Shown here in pieces: positions 1-4,966 of a stretch of 11,476 nt of DNA (position 1 is its first letter; every line of letters starts with the position of its first letter). The notes below the pieces were generated by a model. That model had not been told where the DNA came from. It was given only the letters and a program-made list of their open reading frames with translations, and did not search any database. Origin of the DNA: Patescibacteria group bacterium (GTDB lineage Bacteria; Patescibacteriota; Minisyncoccia; Minisyncoccales; CG1-02-41-26); NCBI GenBank assembly GCA_018830365.1, contig JAHJSK010000078.1, positions 1-11,476 of the forward strand. Reading direction: 5' to 3'. The translations under genes were made by a program, and so were the position numbers.

Positions 1-138
1 GAATTAATGGGATGGGATAAGGATACAGCAAAAGCGTTTGTAAAAGCAGAAAAAGAAGCAAAAGAAAAAAAAGAAAAAGAGGAGGAGAAAAAAGAAAAAG
101 AGGAAGAGGCAAACAAGGAAAAGGAAAATAAAACATAA
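1..138 (+). CDS. 3' end of an upstream gene (partial; start is outside the window). Lys/Glu-rich low-complexity tail ...WDKDTAKAFVKAEKEAKEKKEKEEEKKEKEEEANKEKENKT*
   Basis: Frame 1 is open from the window edge to TAA at 136-138, checked codon by codon. The listed minus-strand ORF 4..252 (poly-F/L) is the mirror image of this purine-rich coding run. P1 starts 15 nt downstream, so the layout is operon-like. Confidence 0.4.
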   Translation, partial: ELMGWDKDTAKAFVKAEKEAKEKKEKEEEKKEKEEEANKEKENKT

Positions 139-152
139 GTGTAAATAAAAAT

Positions 153-575
153 ATGTTTCAAGAACCAATTCAAAAAGAAAATTTATCCGACACTTCAGAT
201 TTAATAAGCTCCGAAGACATTGCTTTAATTCTTTCAGCAATTTGCGTGTCAAGCGGCATAGAACAAGAGGAGGAAATTGAAAAAGTGTCTTATCAAGTTG
301 CCCGAGTTTTATTTAACGACTTGCCGTCTGAATTGCTCGCCAAATCTTTAAATGAAAACGAAGGTTTTTCTTTGGAAATAGCTGAAACAATTGCTCAAAA
401 AGCCGACCGCTATATTTTTTCGCAAATAGAAAAATCCGTTTCAAATGAAGAATCGGCCGTGCCAGATGAAGAACCTTTTTCAGAAAAATCCGAAATCATT
501 GAAAGCCCTATGGCTGAAAATCCTTTAACCAAAAACCCTCCAAAAGATGATGTTTATCGCGAACCAATAGAATAG
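153..575 (+). CDS. Small acidic protein P1 (140 aa), paralog of P2 (2575..3066). The C-terminal tail is ...DDVYREPIE
   Basis: ATG..TAG ORF with no signal peptide or TM segment. The core VARVLFNDLPSELLAKSLNENEGFSLEIAETIAQKADRYIF aligns with P2 VGNVLMGLFPPENFLASLQVELNIEKEKSQNIFQEINRFIF. The last 30 nt (545-574) match the 3' end of P2 at 29 of 30 positions. Confidence 0.6.
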   Translation: MFQEPIQKENLSDTSDLISSEDIALILSAICVSSGIEQEEEIEKVSYQVARVLFNDLPSELLAKSLNENEGFSLEIAETIAQKADRYIFSQIEKSVSNEESAVPDEEPFSEKSEIIESPMAENPLTKNPPKDDVYREPIE

Positions 576-588
576 AAGGCATTAACAT

Positions 589-636
589 AATTTTCAATTT
601 TCAAGCACCAATTTACAATCAATTTTCAATTTTCAA
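589..636. repeat. Two copies of the 16-mer AATTTTCAATTTTCAA (589-604 and 621-636) flanking GCACCAATTTACAATC. The stretch 596-614, AATTTTCAAGCACCAATTT, recurs at 6816-6836 with one mismatch.
   Basis: Direct reading of the sequence, with positions indexed by hand. Confidence 0.6.
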
Positions 637-699
637 AATCCTAAACAAAAGTTTAAAAATTTTTGTTTACTTTCCTCTCGCTTTGCTTCGCTTGATAAT

Positions 700-740
700 A
701 AAAAAGGAGGGACACTGATGTATCCCCCCCTTGTATCCTG
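700..740 (-). terminator. Intrinsic terminator for the minus-strand SPFH gene. The same hairpin also reads as a hairpin on the + strand downstream of P1.
   Basis: The minus strand reads AAGGGGGGGAUACAUCAGUGUCCCUCCUUUUUUUAUUAUC. This gives a 9-10 bp stem with two G-U pairs followed by a U7 tract, beginning about 10 nt after the TAA stop (complement of 747-749). Confidence 0.5.
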
Positions 741-746
741 CTGGAT

Positions 747-1991
747 TTATTGGGTTTTAGTAATCGTACTCCCAACTTTCAGAATGTTCTGCACCTCGGC
801 TATCGCTCCTGAAAAATTTCCGCCTTTCCATTCAACCACTGTTCCAATTTCGCGATCCAAATAAAATTCAACTAATTGGTCAGTCTTACTAACAGCTTCT
901 TCTTCGGTGAGTTTTGGTTGCTCTTCCTTCAATCGGTTCAATGTTTGGAGATAAATCCCAACTATTTTTTCCGCGTCTGCTTTGGCTTTTTTCCTCGCTG
1001 CGTTTGCAAGGTTTCCTTGGATGATTTCCTCTTGAGCACTCTCATAGACCGCTTGTCTTTTTTTGAGTACTTCGGGCGACCATACAAAGTTGGGGAAAAT
1101 TATTCGTGTAGTTTCAAGCCCGTATCCATTTATCGCCTTTTCAACATCTGATTTTTCATCTACTTTACCCGCAATGTCCTCTTTCCAATCTTTGCCAACA
1201 TTTTTTTTCTGTCCATCGCCAAAAAAATCCTTTATTTCCAGGTTTCTAAAAAGGGTGTTAATAGCGGTCTCGGCTTTTGCTCGAATCGCAACCTGGTAGT
1301 TTTGTGTTTCGTATACCGCGCGGTAGACATTTTTTCTTATTTCTTTCTCTTTTTTTTCTTCAATGTCGCTCGTGGTGTCATTTGCATTTGGGTCAATATC
1401 ATCCAGGATTTTAATCCCCCAGAGAGCCCCTGGCAAAGTCACTGTTCCGCCCCCTTTCATATCAAGTTCATTTCTACTTTTCTCTCCTTCGTCATTTTTT
1501 TTTGGCAAAAAGAGTTCAATGAAATGTTCTTGTGTGCTTATTATGTTCCCACTCATAACCCATGGAACAAGAAATTTTGGGCCTGGTCCTTCAATCTTCC
1601 AGAAAGCTCCACAAACCGTTGTAACCAGCCGCTGTTTTTCTTGGATTTGCGCAAACCATTCCCGTAAAAAGCACACTATCACAATTCCAACAACAAGCCA
1701 CAAAGCCCATTGCCACCACCAGCCTGTCTGACAAAACCAAAAAGGCGCGCATGCGTACACAAGGGCAATCACGCAAACAAGAAAATAGCTGAAGAATGCC
1801 ACTTTTCCAACCCACGGTTCCGGCTCTGGCAATTTAAACTCTTTCTCCTTTGCCACTTTTCCCCGCGGCTTTGATTCTGGCAATCCAAGCTTCTTTTTCC
1901 TTTCCTCCTTTTTCATTTTTTTCGCCAACACCGCCCGAATCACCCAAGCAACGAAAATCAAAATCCCTGTCAAAATTATAATCCAAAACAT
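747..1991 (-). CDS. SPFH/band-7 (stomatin/prohibitin/HflK-like) domain membrane protein, 414 aa, with three N-terminal TM segments
   Basis: Complete ATG..TAA ORF. The revcomp of 1992-2006 gives UGGAGGUGAuuuagaAUG, a strong SD with a 6-nt spacer. TM helices are MFWIIILTGILIFVAWVI, VAFFSYFLVCVIALVYACAPFWF and WWWQWALWLVVGIVIVCFL. The SPFH-like entry motif is GAFWKIEGPGPKFLVPWVMSGNIISTQEHFIEL. A later alanine-rich coiled segment (EEIIQGNLANAARKKAKADAEKIVG) is typical of the band-7 C-terminal region. The family assignment is by eye. Confidence 0.6.
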   Translation of the reverse strand: MFWIIILTGILIFVAWVIRAVLAKKMKKEERKKKLGLPESKPRGKVAKEKEFKLPEPEPWVGKVAFFSYFLVCVIALVYACAPFWFCQTGWWWQWALWLVVGIVIVCFLREWFAQIQEKQRLVTTVCGAFWKIEGPGPKFLVPWVMSGNIISTQEHFIELFLPKKNDEGEKSRNELDMKGGGTVTLPGALWGIKILDDIDPNANDTTSDIEEKKEKEIRKNVYRAVYETQNYQVAIRAKAETAINTLFRNLEIKDFFGDGQKKNVGKDWKEDIAGKVDEKSDVEKAINGYGLETTRIIFPNFVWSPEVLKKRQAVYESAQEEIIQGNLANAARKKAKADAEKIVGIYLQTLNRLKEEQPKLTEEEAVSKTDQLVEFYLDREIGTVVEWKGGNFSGAIAEVQNILKVGSTITKTQ

Positions 1992-2159
1992 TCTAAATCA
2001 CCTCCAATATAATTGCATTGTGGGGAAGCATTGCTTCCTTCAACGCAATATTTTTAAAAATCTGGCATCTGTTTAATTTTATTCCAGACGCTTGATTACT
2101 GCCTACATTATAACAGAGCATTTTTAATTGTCAAGTTTTTAAGCGTGATTTTAATTTGT

Positions 2160-2211
2160 AAAAATCCTGTCCCTTATTCCAGCGATCGCGGTTTTAAGAG
2201 ACAGGATTTTT
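2160..2211. repeat. Hairpin/inverted-repeat element A. The arms are AAAAATCCTGTC (2160-2171) and GACAGGATTTTT (2200-2211), enclosing 28 nt that contain GCGATCGCGGTTTTA.
   Basis: Perfect 12-bp inverted repeat, verified base by base. It is homologous to element B (2285-2332). It has an A-run on the 5' side and a T-run on the 3' side, so it looks terminator-like in both directions. Confidence 0.7.
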
Positions 2212-2284
2212 GCAATAAATTAGTTTTGATAGAAATTTTATGGAGGTCTGACCTATGTAATTTTGAATCTGTATAAATTTAGAA

Positions 2285-2332
2285 AAATCCTGTCGGTTAA
2301 ACAGGCGATCGTGGTTTTAACCGACAGGATTT
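2285..2332. repeat. Hairpin/inverted-repeat element B. The arms are AAATCCTGTCGGTTAAA (2285-2301) and TTTAACCGACAGGATTT (2316-2332), with a 14-nt loop CAGGCGATCGTGGT.
   Basis: Perfect 17-bp inverted repeat. It shares AAAAATCCTGTC...GCGATCG(C/T)GGTTTTA...GACAGGATTT with element A, 124 bp upstream. Confidence 0.7.
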
Positions 2333-2497
2333 ATTTTCAAACGAAACGAGAGAAATAAAAATTCATTTTTTAAAAAATGAGCTCCGTAATATTTATGCCA
2401 TGGCATTATTATTACCTATGGTGATAAATTAAACATATTTAATAATAAACCCCGGACATTTGGAAGGGGTGTATTTTTGTTGCGCGAGTGGTTGCTG

Positions 2498-2538
2498 TTT
2501 TTGGGGTTGCTTTTCGCGTGTTCGCGTATTATTATTAG
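2498..2538 (+). promoter_or_regulatory. Promoter module R1. It has -35 TTGCTT (2507-2512), a 17-nt spacer, and -10 TATTAT (2530-2535). It also contains a small CGCG-UGUU-CGCG hairpin. It is predicted to drive P2, whose ATG is at 2575.
   Basis: The 41-bp block TTTTTGGGGTTGCTTTTCGCGTGTTCGCGTATTATTATTAG repeats at 3416-3462 with two substitutions. The sigma70-like spacing was verified by counting. Confidence 0.45.
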
Positions 2539-2574
2539 TGTTATTAGCTAATAGATTTTTAGTAAAAAGTATTT

Positions 2575-3066
2575 ATGTTGCAACAATATAATCAAAAAGA
2601 ACTCCAAGGATTGTTTGAAGTTTTACCCGAAGAATTAAAAGACGCTATTTTATCTGAACAAACCGCGGAAACAATCAGAAAAATTTGTGAACGGTATAAA
2701 ATAGAAGAAAGAAATATGTCTGAAATAGCAGGATTAGTTGGCAATGTTTTAATGGGTCTTTTCCCGCCGGAAAATTTTCTTGCATCTCTTCAAGTGGAGT
2801 TAAATATAGAAAAAGAAAAATCGCAAAATATTTTTCAAGAGATAAATCGTTTTATTTTCTTTCCTGTAAAAAATTTTCTTATAGAATTTTATCCAGAAAT
2901 TAAATTCGCTCATGGTGGCAAAGTCGCGGACGAAAGCATTGCCATAGAAGAAAAATTTGCGAAAGAAAAATTAGAAAAAATTGAATCGGAAAAAGCCGCG
3001 CCAATAGAGGAAAGCAAGGAGACAAAAAAAACAGGAGATGATGTTTATCGTGAACCAATAGAATAA
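2575..3066 (+). CDS. Small acidic protein P2 (163 aa), paralog of P1. The C-terminal tail is ...GDDVYREPIE
   Basis: ATG..TAA ORF with no signal peptide or TM segment. It has a K/E-rich C-terminal region and a core homologous to P1. The 3' 30 nt (3037-3066) are nearly identical to P1 545-574. Confidence 0.65.
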   Translation: MLQQYNQKELQGLFEVLPEELKDAILSEQTAETIRKICERYKIEERNMSEIAGLVGNVLMGLFPPENFLASLQVELNIEKEKSQNIFQEINRFIFFPVKNFLIEFYPEIKFAHGGKVADESIAIEEKFAKEKLEKIESEKAAPIEESKETKKTGDDVYREPIE

Positions 3067-3073
3067 AAAAAAG

Positions 3074-3098
3074 ATTTACAGAGGCCCGTCCTCTGTAA
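3074..3098. repeat. GC-rich palindrome family member 1: tTTACAGAGG-cccgt-CCTCTGTAAa
   Basis: 10-bp perfect inverted repeat with a 5-nt loop. It has outer TTAC/GTAA ends like members 2-5. Confidence 0.7.
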
Positions 3099-3142
3099 AA
3101 ACCTCTGCGAAAAGGTGAATTTGATAATTAAAAAAGATTTAG

Positions 3143-3167
3143 CATTACACCGTCCCGGACGGTGTAA
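3143..3167. repeat. GC-rich palindrome family member 2: aTTACACCGTCC-c-GGACGGTGTAAt (25-bp perfect palindrome). An identical copy lies at 3535-3559.
   Basis: Verified base by base. Confidence 0.75.
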
Positions 3168-3186
3168 TTTAATAATTCAGGGAATA

Positions 3187-3239
3187 AAACAATGTATCGC
3201 CGCCAGGCGGCGATACATTGCCTGGCGGCGATACATTGT
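3187..3239. repeat. Composite element made of a 31-bp perfect palindrome CAATGTATCGCCGCC-a-GGCGGCGATACATTG (3189-3219) followed by an 18-bp tandem duplicate CCTGGCGGCGATACATTG (3220-3237). The left arm can therefore pair with either of two right arms.
   Basis: 3202-3219 and 3220-3237 are direct repeats with one mismatch. 3187-3206 is exactly complementary to 3220-3239. The element is preceded by the direct-repeat motif AATTCAGGGAATAAAAC (3173-3189), which recurs at 3324-3340. Confidence 0.7.
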
Positions 3240-3280
3240 TGATTGCCTATAAACAAAGGAGTGGTTTACGGAAAATAAAA

Positions 3281-3307
3281 TTTTTACGGAGGTCAGACCT
3301 CCGTAAA
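3281..3307. repeat. GC-rich palindrome family member 3: ttTTACGGAGGTC-a-GACCTCCGTAAaa (27-bp perfect palindrome)
   Basis: Verified base by base. A degenerate relative, ATGGAGGTCTGACCTATGTAA, sits at 2241-2261. Confidence 0.7.
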
Positions 3308-3340
3308 ACTATTCCGAAATTTTGAATTCAGGGGATAAAA

Positions 3341-3363
3341 CTTACAGAGGTCCGACCTCTGTA
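3341..3363. repeat. GC-rich palindrome family member 4: TTACAGAGGTC-c-GACCTCTGTAA (23-bp perfect palindrome)
   Basis: Verified base by base. It is preceded by AATTCAGGGGATAAAAC (3324-3340). Confidence 0.7.
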
Positions 3364-3415
3364 AAAAGATTTTAATTTAATTTTAATTGAATTGAATTAT
3401 TCACAAGGAAACTCT

Positions 3416-3462
3416 TTTTTTGGGGTTGCTTTTCGCGTCCTCGCGTATTATTATTATTATTA
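3416..3462 (+). promoter_or_regulatory. Promoter module R2, the second copy of R1. It has -35 TTGCTT (3426-3431), a 17-nt spacer, and -10 TATTAT (3449-3454). It is predicted to drive a roughly 200-nt leader and the T4SS-like operon starting at 3660.
   Basis: Direct repeat of 2498-2538. Only the loop of the CGCG hairpin differs (TCCT versus TGTT). Confidence 0.4.
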
Positions 3463-3534
3463 GTTTTATTATTTTAAAATTGATTGATGCAATAGCGCAA
3501 AGGGTTTGTTAAGCATAATGTTTTAAAATTAATT

Positions 3535-3559
3535 TTTACACCGTCCCGGACGGTGTAAA
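3535..3559. repeat. GC-rich palindrome family member 5, an exact duplicate of member 2 (TTACACCGTCC-c-GGACGGTGTAA), located inside the predicted leader
   Basis: Verified base by base. Confidence 0.75.
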
Positions 3560-3609
3560 GCTATTTGAAAAAATATAGCGGAGGGTTGACCAATATAACC
3601 TGCATTCGC

Positions 3610-3646
3610 CTTGTCTCGCTAAGCGAGGCAAGCGGGGCTTTATTTG
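3610..3646 (+). terminator. Terminator-like hairpin, a possible attenuator, 14 nt upstream of the 3660 start codon. It reads CUUGUCUCGC-uaa-GCGAGGCAAG followed by CGGGGCUUUAUUUG.
   Basis: 10-bp stem with one G-U pair and a 3-nt loop, followed by a U-rich tract. Its position inside a leader rather than after a gene argues for conditional termination. Confidence 0.4.
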
Positions 3647-3659
3647 ATAGATAACCATT

Positions 3660-4070
3660 ATGGAATTTAAAGTGCCAAAATTTTTAGAAAGAGAATCAAA
3701 ATTTTTTAGCATCTTAACCTTCAAGCAATTAGCTTGCGTCGGGATTATTGGTCTTGTTTTATTTATTTTGTATTATATTGTTCCCAAGTCAACCTTTTTC
3801 TTTTTAGTCGTTTTTTTCGGAGGAGGAAGCATGGTTTTAATGATTGTCAATATTGAGGGAGTGCCTCTTTACCAATTGGCCGGACATTCTTTGAATTATT
3901 TGCTTTCTTCTAAAAAATTTATTTGGTCAAGAAAAGAAAAGCCATTTATTAAATTATTAAACAAAGAAAGAGAGGAAGCGAAAGAAAAAAAAGCAGACGC
4001 GCCTTTAAAGATTTCCCCGGAAAGCAGCTTGGGCAAATTATCGTCCCGAATTGAGCGAGGGGTGCAGTAG
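3660..4070 (+). CDS. PrgI/VirB3-like small 2-TM T4SS protein (136 aa)
   Basis: The N-terminus MEFKVPKFLERESKFFSILTFKQL resembles the VPK...F.LT.RQL opening of PrgI/VirB3-family proteins. It is followed by two TM helices (ACVGIIGLVLFILYYIV and FFFLVVFFGGGSMVLMIVNI). It lies directly upstream of a VirB4-family gene, which is the canonical virB3-virB4 arrangement. No SD. Confidence 0.55.
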   Translation: MEFKVPKFLERESKFFSILTFKQLACVGIIGLVLFILYYIVPKSTFFFLVVFFGGGSMVLMIVNIEGVPLYQLAGHSLNYLLSSKKFIWSRKEKPFIKLLNKEREEAKEKKADAPLKISPESSLGKLSSRIERGVQ

Positions 4071-4074
4071 ATAA

Positions 4075-4264
4075 CGCAAAACTCAAAGCGCAAAACGCAA
4101 AACTAAAACGAAAATGTTAAAACTAACGCAAAATATTGATTCTGTTATTTTTCGTTGAGAGCAAGTAAATTTGAGGCTGAATTTCCTAAGGGATTGGGGA
4201 AACATCAAAAAAAGATTTAAGTTTTAAAATAAACTTTGAGTTTTGCGTTTTGAGTTTTGCGTTT
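4075..4264. repeat. Imperfect inverted repeats of GCAAAAC-family simple sequence. Left arm 4075-4110, right arm 4235-4264 (tandem TTTTGAGTTTTGCG x2). They bracket a roughly 125-bp AT-rich spacer and abut the VirB4-N start codon.
   Basis: GCAAAACTCAAA (4076-4087) is exactly complementary to TTTGAGTTTTGC, which is present twice in the right arm. Confidence 0.6.
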
Positions 4265-4270
4265 AATCGT

Positions 4271-4930
4271 ATGTCTCAATCATTTTCACAACAATTTTTA
4301 GAAATAGCTGACATCAAAGAAGGCGTGCTGGTTTTAAAAAACAGAGCTATGCGGGGCGTGCTAATGGTGTCCTCAATAAATTTTGATTTAAAATCAGAAG
4401 ATGAGCAAAAAGCTGTTATTTACCAATTTCAGGGATTTTTAAATTCCTTAGATTTTTCCTGTCAAATTATTGTTCAATCAAGAAAATTAAACATCACTGG
4501 TTATTTTGACAAATTAAAAGAATTGGAAAGGGCTCAAGAAAATGAACTTTTAAAAATTCAAACCACTGAATATCGGAAATTTATTGAGGAAATGGTAGGC
4601 GGAGGAACGATTATGAGAAAAGAATTTTTACTCGTTATTCCTTTTACTCTTTTTGAAACCAAGGGAATAATTGGCGGGAGCATGAGCGCTCTTAAAGGAG
4701 TTTTGGGAAAAAAAGAAAATTTTTTCGGATTAGGAGAAGAAAATTTCCAAAGATGCCGAGACCAACTTTATCAAAGAATGGAGTTTGCGGCTATTTGTTT
4801 GCGGCGATGCGGATTAACATCCATCCCTTTGACAACGCCAGAATTAATTGAACTTTTTTGGAGCCTTCATCATCCAAAAGAAGCGGAGTATGGTTATTAT
4901 CCAGAGATATTGCCAGAAATGATCAAATGA
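4271..4930 (+). CDS. virB4: VirB4-family N-terminal domain encoded as a separate ORF (220 aa from ATG 4271; the ORF track extends it to TTG 4250 inside the repeat)
   Basis: The stretch FLEIADIKEGVLVLKNRAMRGVLMVSSINFDLKSEDEQKAVIYQFQGFLNSLDFSCQIIVQS matches the conserved N-terminal block of Gram-positive-type VirB4/TcpF/PrgJ/ConE proteins. The ORF is in the same frame as the next one and ends with TGA. 220 aa plus 595 aa gives about 820 aa, the usual VirB4 length. Confidence 0.55.
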   Translation: MSQSFSQQFLEIADIKEGVLVLKNRAMRGVLMVSSINFDLKSEDEQKAVIYQFQGFLNSLDFSCQIIVQSRKLNITGYFDKLKELERAQENELLKIQTTEYRKFIEEMVGGGTIMRKEFLLVIPFTLFETKGIIGGSMSALKGVLGKKENFFGLGEENFQRCRDQLYQRMEFAAICLRRCGLTSIPLTTPELIELFWSLHHPKEAEYGYYPEILPEMIK

Positions 4931-4966
4931 AAATTTTAAATTTCAAATTTTAAATTTCAAATTTTT
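4931..4966. repeat. 36-bp tandem repeat (AAATTTTAAATTTCAA x2 plus ATTTTT) separating the two VirB4 ORFs. It contains an in-frame TAA at 4937-4939.
   Basis: Direct reading. It belongs to the same AATTTTCAA-type simple-sequence family as 589-636. Confidence 0.7.

Noticed and set aside
4-252. Minus-strand 82-aa ORF (poly-F/L/C)
   Set aside because: It is the mirror image of the purine-rich (GAA/AAA)n coding tail of the + strand gene ending at 138. It is a low-complexity artefact.
718-864. 48-codon + strand ORF (MYPPLVSCWIYWVL...) with an apparently perfect SD, AAGGAGG-6-ATG
   Set aside because: The SD and the start lie in the two arms of the terminator hairpin of the minus-strand SPFH gene. 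The ORF is antisense to that gene's 3' end, so it is most likely coincidental.
876-1815. Five ORFs (876..1151+, 1063..1299+, 1302..1667+, 1363..1731+, 1591..1815-) inside the SPFH gene
   Set aside because: They are antisense or out-of-frame inside a well-supported 414-aa CDS, with low-complexity F/S-rich translations.
2026-2040. Palindrome GGAAGCA-t-TGCTTCC near the SPFH promoter as an operator
   Set aside because: A single 7-bp inverted repeat could be an operator, but nothing else supports it. It is noted only.
3067-3560. CRISPR array
   Set aside because: The palindromes differ from one another in sequence and spacing, there are no regular repeat-spacer units, and no cas genes are present.
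3586-3600. TTGACC followed by AATATAAC as a promoter for the 3660 gene
   Set aside because: The spacing between the hexamers is only 2 bp. The duplicated R2 module upstream is a better candidate.
3536-4093. Minus-strand ORFs 3536..3724 and 3896..4093
   Set aside because: They overlap the palindrome/leader region and the better-supported + strand VirB3-like CDS. They have no motifs.
4928-4939. TGA read as a sense codon (genetic code 25 of some CPR lineages) to fuse the two VirB4 ORFs
   Set aside because: An in-frame TAA follows three codons later. TGA also terminates the VirB4 body exactly where homologs end, and the other genes use TAG/TAA stops. The standard code fits.
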